Below, one piece after another: positions 50,647 to 62,983 of a DNA stretch of 64,000 nt. Made by a program: the position numbers and the translations under genes. This stretch comes from Anaeramoeba ignava BMAN. Taxonomy: Eukaryota; Protista; Anaeramoebae. Under the pieces are notes generated by a model. The model searched no databases, was not told the DNA's origin, and saw only the letters and a program-made list of their open reading frames with translations. The stretch spans positions 1 to 64,000 of the forward strand of contig JAPDFW010000008.1 of assembly GCA_028826165.1 (NCBI GenBank), read 5' to 3'. Position 1 is the first letter of the stretch, and each line of letters begins with the position of its first letter.

Positions 50647-52472
50647 ATGAATGATTGTTTATTTTTTGGTCAAAATCAATATCCAAAACTTATCAAAAAT
50701 GAACCAAATAAAATAGCAAAACCAATTCAATTTAAATTTGAAAATGAAAATGAAAATGAAAATGAAAAACAAATTAAACAAATTTCATCAGCAAATTTTT
50801 CAACAATTTTCCTTTTTAAAAATGGAAAAGCAATAGAATATTTAAATGATAAAGATTCAAAACAAAAATCCTGAAAAATTCAAATTGAAGAAAATATTCA
50901 AAAAGTAACTGTTGGTTATCATAATGAAGCTATTTTAACAATAGAAGGAAATGTATTTTTGCAATTTTCCTTTTGAAAATGGGAGAATATAAAGATTCAA
51001 AACAAAAATATATTAACAAAAAATACAAAAGAATTTATCAATATTTCATCATTAATTGAAGATCCAAATGATAGAATAATTGAAGATATTGTTTCTGGTT
51101 ACAGTTCAATTTACTTATTAACTTCAAATCAAAATGTTTATGGAATTGGTTCAAATCAATATTGTCAACTTGGTTTTGATTTTAAAACACTTTATGAAAC
51201 AGAAAAACCAATTTTAATGATGAAAAATGTTTCTAAAATATTTTCAGGAAATACATCAGATTGCATTTTTCTTTTAAATTCAAATCAAGAATTATTTGGA
51301 TGCGGATATAATTATTCTGGTCAACTTGGATTAGGAGAATCAAGAAAAGAAGAAACAGAAATCCAAAAATTAACCAAAATCCAAAATATTCCAAAAGGCA
51401 AAATAATTGATATTCAATATGGAATTTCTTTTTCAATAATGTTGATTGAAAATCAAAACGAAAACCCAAAAAGAAAACTTTATTCATGTGGATATTATGG
51501 ATATAATGGACTTGGCAAAATACTTGAAAATACTTATGAATTTACTGAAATCAAATCATCTTTATTTGAAGATAATGATGATAATATTCTTGATTTTTCT
51601 GTTGGACATTCTCATACTTTGATTTTAACTTCTAAAGGGAAAGTAATTGGATTTGGAGATAATTATTATGGTCAATTAGGAACTGAAGATACAAATAATC
51701 AATCAATTCCAATTCAAATTGAACTTCCTAAATTAAGATTTAATGAAAATATTTCTAATTATCATGTTCTTTGTGGATCTTTAAAATCATTCCTTTATTC
51801 TTCTCCTTCTTTTTCCAATCTTGAAGAAGATTTGATAAAATTATTTAGAAGAAAAGAATTTTGTGATATTTCATTTAAAACAGAAAATGGAGAAATAATT
51901 GAAGCTCATAAATTAATATTGAAATATAGATTAAATCAAAATCAAAATCAAAATCAAAATGAAAAACTTCAAGAAATTATTTCAAAAAAATCAATTAAAG
52001 AATCAAATCAAATATTTGAAATGATTTATTCAAACAAAATTATAAATCCAAAATTATATTCTGAAATTAAAGAAATTATAAATTTAAATGAAAAAATTGA
52101 AGAAACAATGAAAAGAATTTATTTAAATGAAAATGAAAAAGATTTTATTATTGAAAGAAAAGAAAAACAGTATAAATTTCCCAAAATTAATATTAATAAT
52201 GAGAAGTGAATTATATCGAGGAATGTTTTTATCTGTAACTGAAGACAAATCTAAATAAAGTTACAGATTATAGTGAATTAAGTAATGAATCATTTCAAAT
52301 ATTTGAATATTGGATTTATTCAAATCAAATTAAAAATGAAATTGAAATTACACAAGAAATAATTGAAGAAATTAAAATTGGAATTGATTATTTTCAATTA
52401 AATCAAACAAATCCAAATTTATTTGATTTATTAATTAATAAATTTAATAACCAAAATCAAAATCAAAATTAA
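50647..52472 (+). pseudogene. RCC1-BTB paralogue with several frameshifts (pseudogene or poor consensus)
   Basis: Frameshifts near 50868, 52180 and 52252; scrambled segment at about 50955-51010; otherwise collinear with the paralogues. Confidence 0.7.
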
Positions 52473-52592
52473 AATCAAAATCAAAATCAAAATCAAAATC
52501 AAAATTAAAATCAAAATCAAAATCAAAATCAAAATCAAAATCAAAATTAAAATAAAAATTAAAATTTTTTTTTCATTTTTTTCTTTTTAAAA

Positions 52593-54579
52593 ATGAATGA
52601 AATTTTATTTTTTGGTCAAAATGAATATCCAAAACTTATCAAAAATAAATCAAAAGGAATAACAAAACCAATTCAATTTAAATTTGAAAATGAAAATGAA
52701 AATGAAAATGAAAATGAAAAAGAAAAAGAAAAATGAAAATGAAAATGAAAATGAAAAACAAATTAAACAAATTTCATCAGGAAACTTTTCAACAATTTTC
52801 CTTTTTAAAAATGGAAAAGCAATAGAATATTTAAGAGATTCAAATCAAAATCCTGAAAAAATTCAAATTGAAAATATTCAAAAAGTGTCTGTTGGTCATG
52901 AAAATGAAGCTATTTTAACATTAGAAGGAAATGTATTTGCAAAAGGAAAATATATTAATTCAAAAAATCCAAAAGAATTTATTAATATTTCATCATTAAT
53001 TGAAGATACAAATGATAGAGTAATTGAAGATATTGTTTCTGGTTACAGTTCAATTTACTTATTAACTTCAAATCAAAATGTTTATGGAATTGGTTCAAAT
53101 GGTTGGGGTCAACTTGGTTTGCATTATGAAACACTTCAAAGAACAGAAAAACCAATTTTAATGATGAAAAATATTTCTAAAATATTTTCAGGAAATACAT
53201 CAGATTGCATTTTTCTTTTAAATTCAAATCAAGAATTATTTGGATGCGGATATAATTATCATGGTCAACTTGGATTAAAAGAAGCAATACTACAGGCAAA
53301 AGTCTATAAATTAACTCAATTCCAAAATATTCCAAAAGGCAAAATAATTGATATTAAAGGTGGATTTAATCATTCAATAATGTTAATTGAAGATGAAGAT
53401 GAAAATGAAAATGAAAATGAAAATCCAAAAAGAAGACTTTATTCAACTGGAGATTATAAATCTAATGCACTTGGCAAGGCTCAAGATACAAAAATATTTA
53501 CTGAAATCAAATCACCTTTATTTGAAAATGATGAAGATAATATTCTTAAAATTTCTTGTGGACAATATCATAATTTGATTTTAACAACAAATGGGAAATT
53601 GATAGTATTTGGAAATAATGAATTTGGTCAATTAGGAACTGGAGATATAAACCATCAACCAACTCCAATTCAAATTGAACTTCCTAAATTAAGATTTAAT
53701 GAAAATATTTCCAATTATCATGTTTCTTGTGGAAATAATAAATCATTTCTTTATTATTCTCCTCATTCTTTTTCCAATCTTGAAGAAGATTTTATAAAAT
53801 TATTTGAAAGAAAAGAATTTTGTGATATTTCATTTAAAACAGAAAATGGAGAAATAATTGAAGCTCATAAATTAATATTGAAATATAGATTAAATCAAAA
53901 TCAAAATCAAATTGAAAAACTTCAAGAAATTATTTCAAAAAAATCAATTAAAGAATCAAATCAAATATTTGAAATGATTTATTCAAACAGAATTATAAAT
54001 CCAATATTATATTCAGAAATTAAAGAAATTATAAATTCAAATGAAAAAATAGAAGAAACAATGAAAAGAATTTATTTAAATGAAAATGAAAATGAAAATG
54101 AAAAAGATTTTATAATTGAAAGAGAAGAAAAACAATATAAATTTCCAAAATTAATATTAATAATGAGAAGTGAATTATATCGAGGAATGTTTTTATCTGT
54201 AACAGAAGACAAATCTAATAAAGTTACAGATTATAGTGAATTAAGTAATGAATCATTTCAAATATTTGAATATTGGATTTATTCAAATCAAATTAAAGAT
54301 GAAATTGAAATTACACAAGAAATAATTGAAGAAATTCAAATTGGAATTGATTATTTTCAATTAAATCAAACATATCCAAATTTATTTGATTTATTAATTA
54401 ATAAATTTAATAATCAAAATCAAAATCAAAATCAAAATCAAAATCAAAATCAAAATCAAAATCAAAATCAAAATCAAAATCAAAATCAAAATCAAAATCA
54501 AAATCAAAATCAAATTCAAATTCAAATTCAAAATCAAAATCAAAAAAAGAATAAAGAAAAAAATTGTTTAATTTTTTAA
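52593..54579 (+). CDS. RCC1-repeat + BTB protein; single frameshift in an A-run near 52730 (likely sequencing error)
   Basis: True start MNEILFFGQNEYPKLIKN at 52593 joins the 52684-54579 frame. Confidence 0.85.
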
Positions 54580-54598
54580 GAAATCAAATAAAAGAAAC

Positions 54599-57500
54599 TC
54601 AAAAACAAGAACACCCTTTAGATTTTTCATCTTTTCTTTGTGGTTTTTGAGTATTTAATTGCTTTTTTTGTTTTGATTTTTTTTCTTGAATTAAATTTGG
54701 AGATTCTGAAACTTGAAAAAATTCCATTGCTTCTTCAATTTCTTGTAATAAATTCTTTGGAATATTATGAACATCCAATTCATTACAATAAAGAAATTTC
54801 AAAAAAATTTCCATTGATTTAATACTCAGCATTGATAAATCAGTCACTTGATTTGATTCATCTTGAACACTAACAAACATTCCTCTAAAAAATCCACTTC
54901 TTGCTGCCAAAACTTCTTTATGAGCTAAAAAACTTTTTTCTGTTCCTTTTGATTCATCTTTTTTGATAATCTTGAAATTTTTGCTTTCGTTTTGTGAATA
55001 TAAATCCAAAAAACTTTTCTGCAATCCAACCAAATTAGATTTTGATTCAATTTCTTTTGCACTCATTCCAATTTCTTCTCCAATTTTAAATATTAAATTT
55101 TGTGAGTTTGGAAATTCTGCAAAATTTAAATTTCCACTATAAATCCACTTAAGAAATATTTCCAGTTCTTTTTTCTCTTTTTTGATACTTATTAGTTTTA
55201 AATTTTCCAGATTTTTCCCAATTCTGTTTTCTAAAATGAGTTTATGAGAACAAACTTTTCCTTCTCTCGTTTCAAAATCAAAATCACACAACTCTTGTCT
55301 ATCAAAAAATTGTAAATAATCTTGAACTAATGTGAAAAATAAAAGAATTTGAATTTCAGGATCATCAGTTAATTGAAAAGCTTGAAGATTCTTTTGATTT
55401 CCATTTTGATTTAAACAAAAAAAAAAGACAAAAAGTAAAATTTAAATTTGTAAAAAAATTATTTTTGAAAGTTTTCAATTTTTTGATTTTACTTCCTATT
55501 TAATCCAAAATAAATCATTACTAAATATTCTTTTCTTTTCTTCTTCTTTTCATAACTCAAAAAAAATTACTTCCTAAATTGAAAAATATTATATTTTCAT
55601 ATTAAAATAAAAATTTAAATAATTAATTAGTTTTTTTTTTTGATTTAAACATTAGGAATTGTTGGATCTGCTCCAGCTAAAATAAAAGATGATATAATTT
55701 GAATTTTATTTTCCTTTGGCATTTCTGTCATACAAGTAAAATGAAGTTGTGTTGATTTCTTTGATATAAATATTAATATTATTTATTTTGATGAATTAAT
55801 TTTTTTTGTTGTTCTTCTTGCGAATTTTTTTGAAAAAGAAAATATTCTAAATGGATTACAAACTAATCAAGAAGATTTATTTAGATTAAATTTTTATTTT
55901 TGGTTCTTGAAGAAAAATTACAAGATTAGTTTTGTTGACATCATAACCGTTTTTAATATATTCTGAAATTTTTTCAACAGATTTTTCTTTGACATACAAA
56001 CACATTGTGTTCCAATTCTAGTTTTAATTCAATTTTTTAAATTTAATTCAATTTTTTAGTTTTAATTCCAATTTTTTTTTGAATTAACATTATAAATTAA
56101 TTTTCTTGCAAAATTTTGCATCATTGTTTTCAAATTATCCATTTCTTTTATTGATGTTTCTTCAAACATCATTGAGTATTCTTTTGCAAAAGCAAATCCT
56201 TCTTTTTTTGTAACTTCTCGATTTTCTTCAAAATCTAAAATTATTTTTTTTTTGGATCAAAAAATAAAATTCCATTTCTTTTTCTTATCTAAAAATAAAA
56301 ATAAAAACCAAGTTTATTTCCAATAAGAAGAAATTCAGGTGAAAAATCTTCAGAAAAAGTTGATTTAAGTTCAGTAATCCATTTTCGAAGATTTTCAAAT
56401 GTTTGTTTTTTTGTAATGTCATAAACTAATACTATTGCTTTTGATCCTCTATAATACATTGGACTAACAAAAATTTTATAAAGAAAAAATAAAAAGCAAA
56501 ATTTTTTGAATAAATTTTTGAGATTTGTTTTTAAAAAAAGAAATTAAATCACGCCAAAACTCGATATCTTTCAACTCCAGCCTAAAAAGAAATAATCAAT
56601 AAATTTAATTTGATTTAATTTAATTTAATTTGATTTAATTTAATTTGATTTAATTTAATTTAATTTGATTTAATTTGATTTGGATTTGATTTAATTTAAT
56701 TTAATTTAATTTGATTTAATTTGATTTAATTTAATTTAATTTGATTTTAATTTAATTTAATTTAATTTAATTTAATTTAATTTAATTTAATTTGGATTTG
56801 ATTTAATTTAATTTGGATTTAATTTGATTTGATTTGATTTGATTTAATTTTAAATTTTGATTTAATTTAATTTGATTTAATTTAATTTAATTTAATTTGA
56901 TTTTAATTTTAATTTGGATTTAATTTAATTTAATTTAATTTAATTTAATTTAATTTAATTTAATTTAATTTGATTTAATTTTTTTTGAAATTTGATTTAA
57001 TTTCCAATTTAATTTAAATTTTGGAAAAATTTAAACCTTTTTAATTTGATTTAATTTAATTTAAGTTTAATTTAATTTAAATTTGGAAAAATTTTAATTT
57101 ATTTTTTGAATTTAAAATTTTGGAATTCTGGATTTGATTTTGGATTTGATTTGATTAAATTTGATTTAATTTAATTTATTTTGATTTAATTTAATTTAAT
57201 TTGGATTTGAATTAAATTTTAATTTGGATTTAATTTAATTTGATTTAATTTAATTTAATTTAATTTGGATTTAATTTAATTTGATTTGATTTGATTTGAT
57301 TTGATTTGATTTGATTTGGATTTAATTTGGATTTAATTTGGATTTAATTTGGATTTAATTTGGATTTAATTTGATTTGATTTGATTTAATTTAATTTAAT
57401 TTGATTTGATTTAATTTGGATTTGACTTGATTTAATTTGAATTTTTTTTTGATAATAAAATACAGTATCCCACAACTCAAGTTTAACTTGTATTTGATCA

Positions 57501-57729
57501 ATTTCATATGTTTTTGTTAAAAAAGATGCGCCAATAGTTGATTGAGTATCTAATTTTATTAATTTTATTTTATTAAAAAAAATTTAAATGATAAAAACGT
57601 TTTCTTTTTATTTTAAAGTTTTATTTATTTACCAAGTGATATAACATTAGAAAAAATAGCTAAACAAATTGAACTTTTTCCAACTGTTGTATCACCAAGA
57701 AAAACAACTTTAAAAATTTGAGTATTCAT
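54599..57729 (-). CDS. Rab-like small GTPase - ankyrin repeats - tandem BTB fusion with a C-terminal CSCF prenylation-type motif; multi-exon, with three 3-nt micro-exons
   Basis: KVVFLGDTTVGKSS, STIGASFLTK, LELWDTAGVERY, PMYYRGSKA, IGNKLD, EETSIK; ankyrin exons 55922-56017 and 55651-55758; BTB motifs CSHKLIL and AHKEVLAARSGFFRGMF; ends KSKGCSCF. Confidence 0.85.
55493..55862 (-). other. Three 3-nt micro-exons in the ankyrin part of the Rab-ANK-BTB gene
   Basis: Minus-strand AG|TTT|GT at 55860-55862, AG|GAA|GT at 55571-55573 and AG|GAA|GT at 55493-55495. Confidence 0.8.
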
Positions 57730-57779
57730 TCCAAAAAAATAAAAGAAGAAGAAAAATGAAAAAAATGAAAAAATTTTTT

Positions 57780-58715
57780 ATTTTGAATTTGAATTTGAAT
57801 TGAATTTGAATTGAATTGAATTGAATTGAATTGAATATTGAATTTATTTTGAATTGAATTTGAATTGAATTTGAATTAAATTGAATATTGAATTTATTTT
57901 GAATTTGAATTGAATTTGAATTGAATATTGAATTTGAATTGAATTAAATTTGAATTGAATTTGAATTGAATTGATTTGAATTGAATTTGAATTTGAATTT
58001 GATTTTGAATTAAATTGAATTTATTTTGAATTTTAATTGAATTAAATTTGAATTGAATTGAATTTGAATTGATTTGAATTTAATTTGAATTTGAATTGAT
58101 TTGAATTTGAATTAAATTTGAATTTGAATTTGAATTGAATTGAATATTGAATTGAATATTGAAATTGAATTTGAATTTGAATTTGAATTGAATTAAATTT
58201 GAATTTATTTTGAATTTGAATTTGAATTTGAATTGAATATTGAAATTGAATTGAATTTGAATTAAATTTGAATTTAATTTGAATTGAATTGAATTGAATT
58301 TGAATTTGAATTGAATTGAATTTAATTTGAATTTGAATTGAATTTGAATTTGAATTTGAATTGAATTTGAATTGAATATTGAATTTGAATTGAATATTGA
58401 AATTGAATTTGAATTTGAATTTGATTTTGAATTGAATTTGAATTTGAATTGAATTTGAATTGAATTTGAATTGAATTTGAATTTGAATATTGAATTGAAT
58501 TTATTTTGAATTTTAATTTTGATTATTATTTATTTGAATTTGAATTGAATTAAATTGAATTTGAATTGAATTGAATTTATTTTGAATTTTAATTGAATTA
58601 AATTTGAATTGAATTGAATTTGAATTTATTTTGAATTTGAAAATAGAATTGAATTTGAATTGATTTGAATTAAATTGAATATTGAATTGAATTTATTTTG
58701 AATTTGAATTTTGAT
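57780..58715. repeat. (TGAAT/TTGAAT)n intergenic microsatellite
   Basis: Directly visible. Confidence 0.85.
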
Positions 58716-58717
58716 TA

Positions 58718-60349
58718 TTATTTATTTGAATTTTCAATTAAATGATTCATTCTTGGATTTAATTGGTAATAATCAATTATATCTTGAAAATCATTAATAA
58801 CTTCAATAGGTGTATCTGAATCAAATGTTCCAAAATACATTAACTTAATAATTGATTTAATTTCAACTGGTGTTCTGTTATTATAATCACTAACTTGATT
58901 TGAAGAATCTGTAACGCTGATAAACATTCCTCGAAATAAATCACTTCTAACAAGTAATATAAATTTATGAACTTTGATTTCTTCATTTTGACAAATAATT
59001 TTAAAATCTTTGGTTTCTTCTTCATAAAATAATTCACTAAAATCTTTTTCTAAATTATTTATTCCTCCAGTTTTTTCAATAATATTTTGGATTTTAAATT
59101 CTTCTTCAATTTCTCTTAAAATAAGATAATTTTTTGTTGTTCCAGTATAAATGAATTCTAAAAATTCTTGAATTTCTTTGATTGTTTTTGTTTCAAGAAA
59201 TTCTAATAACTTTTCAATTAAAATTTCATTTTTAATGCAAATTCTTTGTTCAATAAATATTTTATGAGCAGAAATAACTCCATCAATTCCTTTTATATTA
59301 ACATCAACTAAATCATTTAAAGATAAAGCACGTTGTAGATCTTCTTGAAGAACAGAAAAAGTAAGAGAAACTGAATAGATTATAGAATTACTTCTTCCTG
59401 TTTCAATCATTAAGTGTTTATGTTTATTATTGAGCTTTAAAGATTCTTTTTGTGGATATGGTTTATAATCTTTATCTGAATTTGGAAGATATAATTCTAA
59501 ATCTTCAGTTAATAAAGAAGCATCCCAACAACATCCAGAAACACAAGATACTCTTTTATCATTAAATCCTTCAACTTTTCTAAAACTTCCATTACTTGGT
59601 TGAAAAGTTCCACCTGCAATCCAAATTTCATGAAATCCTTTTTCGTTTTCAATAATTGCTATTGAATGTTGATATGAACAAGAAATCATTATTACTTTCT
59701 TATCACATAAATCAGGAACAAGTTGATAACCTTTAACAGATGATTTTGAATTAATTCCTAATTGTCCAGCTCCATTTCTTCCTGATGAGTAAAAATTTCC
59801 TGAAAAATCTTGAAAGAAAAAATGAAAAGCATAATCATCACTAAATACTCTTGAAACATTTTTAGAAACAAAAATAGGAATCCATATATTACTATCTCCA
59901 CTCACTCCAGTTTCACAATCAATATTATATCCACAACTATATAAATCGTTGTTTGAAGTAATGAAATAAGATTGATAACAACCACATGCAATATCTTTAA
60001 TAAAAATTTTTTTTTCAATAAAAAATTCAATTCTTTTTGGTGAATCAAGTGATTGACTTGAATTTCCATGACCTTGATGTCCATAAGTATTTCTTCCATA
60101 ACTATAAACTGTTCCATCAGATTTGAGAATCAAAAAATGTTCGAAACTTACTCGAGCTTTTACAACATCTTCAAGTGAAAGTTTTTTAATATTTTGATTT
60201 GATTCTTGATATTCATAAAGTTTTCCATTTGTTGTTGTTATCATTGTTCCTGGTGTTCCACTTGATATTTCTTTGATTTCTTCTTCAATATTAATATTTA
60301 AAGGTTTTATATCTGTTCCTTTATTTTGAAAAATCCAAAGTTCATTCAT
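58718..60349 (-). CDS. RCC1-repeat + BTB protein, second subfamily (intronless)
   Basis: 543 aa; YSYGRNTYGHQG, IACGCYQS, GRNGAGQLG; BTB KDFKIIC..EEIKVHKFILLVRSDLFRGMF. Confidence 0.92.
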   Translation of the reverse strand: MNELWIFQNKGTDIKPLNINIEEEIKEISSGTPGTMITTTNGKLYEYQESNQNIKKLSLEDVVKARVSFEHFLILKSDGTVYSYGRNTYGHQGHGNSSQSLDSPKRIEFFIEKKIFIKDIACGCYQSYFITSNNDLYSCGYNIDCETGVSGDSNIWIPIFVSKNVSRVFSDDYAFHFFFQDFSGNFYSSGRNGAGQLGINSKSSVKGYQLVPDLCDKKVIMISCSYQHSIAIIENEKGFHEIWIAGGTFQPSNGSFRKVEGFNDKRVSCVSGCCWDASLLTEDLELYLPNSDKDYKPYPQKESLKLNNKHKHLMIETGRSNSIIYSVSLTFSVLQEDLQRALSLNDLVDVNIKGIDGVISAHKIFIEQRICIKNEILIEKLLEFLETKTIKEIQEFLEFIYTGTTKNYLILREIEEEFKIQNIIEKTGGINNLEKDFSELFYEEETKDFKIICQNEEIKVHKFILLVRSDLFRGMFISVTDSSNQVSDYNNRTPVEIKSIIKLMYFGTFDSDTPIEVINDFQDIIDYYQLNPRMNHLIENSNK

Positions 60350-60458
60350 TTAAAAAAAATATGAAAAAAAATGAAAAAAATGAAAAAAATGAAAAAAATG
60401 ATTTTTGAATTTTAATTTTTATTTTTATTGAATTTATTTTGAATTTGAATTTTGATTA

Positions 60459-62087
60459 TTATTTATTTGAATTTTCGATTAAATGATTCATTCTTGGATT
60501 TAATTGGTAATAATCAATTATATCTTGAAAATCATTAATAACTTCAATAGGTGTATCTGAATCAAATGTTCCAAAATACATTAACTTAATAATTGATTTA
60601 ATTTCAACTGGTGTTCTGTTATTATAATCACTAACTTGATTTGAAGAATCTGTAACGCTGATAAACATTCCTCGAAATAAATCACTTCTAACAAGTAATA
60701 TAAATTTATGAACTTTGATTTCTTCATTTTGACAAATAATTTTGAAATCTTTGGTTTCTTCTTCATAAAATAATTCACTAAAATCTTTTTCTAAATTATT
60801 TATTCCTCCAGTTTTTTCAATAATATTTTGGATTTTAAATTCTTCTTCAATTTCTCTTAAAATAAGATAATTTTTTGTTGTTCCAGTATAAATGAATTCT
60901 AAAAATTCTTGAATTTCTTTGATTGTTTTTGTCTCAAGAAATTCTAATAATTTTTCAATTAAAATTTCATTTTTAATGCAAATTCTTTGTTCAATAAATA
61001 TTTTATGAGCAGAAATAACTCCATCAATTCCTTTTATATTAACATCAACTAAATCATTTAAAGATAAAGCACGTTGTAAATCTTCTTGAAGAACAGAAAA
61101 AGTAAGAGAAACTGAATAGATTATAGAATTACTTCTTCCTGTTTCAATCATTAAGTGTTTATGTTTATTATTGAGTTTTAAAGATTCTTTTTGTGGATAT
61201 GGTTTATAATCTTTATCTGAATTTGGAAGATATAATTCTAAATCTTCAGTTAATAAAGAAGCATCCCAACAACATCCAGAAACACAAGATACTCTTTTAT
61301 CATTAAATCCTTCAACTTTTCTAAAACTTCCATTACTTGGTTGAAAAGTTCCACCTGCAATCCAAATTTCATGAAATCCTTTTTCATTTTCAATAATTGC
61401 TATTGAATGTTGATATGAACAAGAAATCATTATTACTTTCTTATCACATAAATCAGGAACAAGTTGATAACCTTTAACAGATGATTTTGAATTAATTCCT
61501 AATTGTCCAGCTCCATTTCTTCCTGATGAGTAAAAATTTCCTGAAAAATCTTGAAAGAAAAAATGAAAAGCATAATCATCACTAAATACTCTTGAAACAT
61601 TTTTAGAAACAAAAATAGGAATCCATATGTTACTACCTCCACTCACTCCAGTTTCACAATTAACATTATATCCACAACTATATAAATCGTTGTTTGAAGT
61701 AATGAAATAAGATTGATAACAACCACATGCAATATCTTTAATAAAAATTTTTTTTTCAATAAAAAATTCAATTCTTTTTGGTGAATCAAGTGATTGACTT
61801 GAATTTCCATGACCTTGATGTCCATAAGTATTTCTTCCATAACTATAAACTGTTCCATCAGATTTGAGAATCAAAAAATGTTCATAGCTTACTCGAGCTT
61901 TTACAACATCTTCAAGTGAAAGTTTTTTAATATTTTGATTTGATTGATATTCATAAAGTTTTCCATTTGTTGTTGTTATCATTGTTCCTGGTGTTCCACT
62001 TGATATTTCTTTGATTTCTTCTTCAATATTAATATTTAAAGGTTTTATATCTGTTCCTTTATTTTGAAAAATCCAAAGTTCATTCAT
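60459..62087 (-). CDS. RCC1-repeat + BTB protein, near-identical tandem duplicate of 58718-60349
   Basis: 542 aa; only a handful of residues differ from its neighbour. Confidence 0.92.
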   Translation of the reverse strand: MNELWIFQNKGTDIKPLNINIEEEIKEISSGTPGTMITTTNGKLYEYQSNQNIKKLSLEDVVKARVSYEHFLILKSDGTVYSYGRNTYGHQGHGNSSQSLDSPKRIEFFIEKKIFIKDIACGCYQSYFITSNNDLYSCGYNVNCETGVSGGSNIWIPIFVSKNVSRVFSDDYAFHFFFQDFSGNFYSSGRNGAGQLGINSKSSVKGYQLVPDLCDKKVIMISCSYQHSIAIIENEKGFHEIWIAGGTFQPSNGSFRKVEGFNDKRVSCVSGCCWDASLLTEDLELYLPNSDKDYKPYPQKESLKLNNKHKHLMIETGRSNSIIYSVSLTFSVLQEDLQRALSLNDLVDVNIKGIDGVISAHKIFIEQRICIKNEILIEKLLEFLETKTIKEIQEFLEFIYTGTTKNYLILREIEEEFKIQNIIEKTGGINNLEKDFSELFYEEETKDFKIICQNEEIKVHKFILLVRSDLFRGMFISVTDSSNQVSDYNNRTPVEIKSIIKLMYFGTFDSDTPIEVINDFQDIIDYYQLNPRMNHLIENSNK

Positions 62088-62983
62088 TTAAGAAAAAAAT
62101 ATGAAAAAAAATGAAAAAAAATGAAAAAAATGATTTTTGAATTTTAATTTTTATTTTTATTGAATTTGATCAAAAAATTCAAAAAAAAAACTCCAATTAA
62201 AATTCAAAAAAGAAATCCAAGTAAAATTCAAAAAAGAAATTCAATTTAAAAATCAAAATTAAAATCAAAATTAAAATTAAATTTAAAATTGGAATTGAAA
62301 TTATAATTAATATTAAAATTGAAATTAATATTGAAATTAAAATTAAAATTGAAATTAATATTAAAATTAAAATTGAAATTAGAATTAGAATTAAAATTGA
62401 AATTAAATTTGAAATTGAAATAGAAATTAAAATTAAAATTGAATTTGAAATTAAATTTGAAATTAAAATTGAAATTAAAATTAATAATCAAAATTAAATT
62501 TAAAATTAAAATTGAAATTAAAATTAAAATTAAATTTAAAATTGGAATTGAAATTATAATTAAAATTGAAATTAAATTGAAATTGATATTGAAATTGAAA
62601 TCGAAATCGAAATTAAAATTAAATTTGAAATTGAAATTGAAATTAATATTGAAATTAAAATTAAATTTGAAATTGAAATTGAAATTGAAATTAAAATTGA
62701 AATTAAAATTAAATTGAAATTAAAATTAAAATTAAAATTAAAATTTAAAATTAAAATTAAAATTGAAATTGAATTTAAAATTGAAATTAAAATTAGAATT
62801 AAAATTAAAATTAAAATTAAAATTAAAAATTAAATTAATATTGAAATAGAAATTAAATTTGAAATTGAAATTAAATAGAAATTAAAATTGAAATTAAAAT
62901 TAAAATTGAATTAATTTGAATTTAAAATTTGGAATTTGGAATTTAAAATTTGGGGTTTAAAATTTGGAATTAAAATTGAATAA

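Noticed and set aside
50955-51010. Insertion or rearrangement inside an RCC1-BTB copy
   Set aside because: Looks like a garbled copy of 50803-50870 next to a low-quality repeat; most likely an assembly artefact
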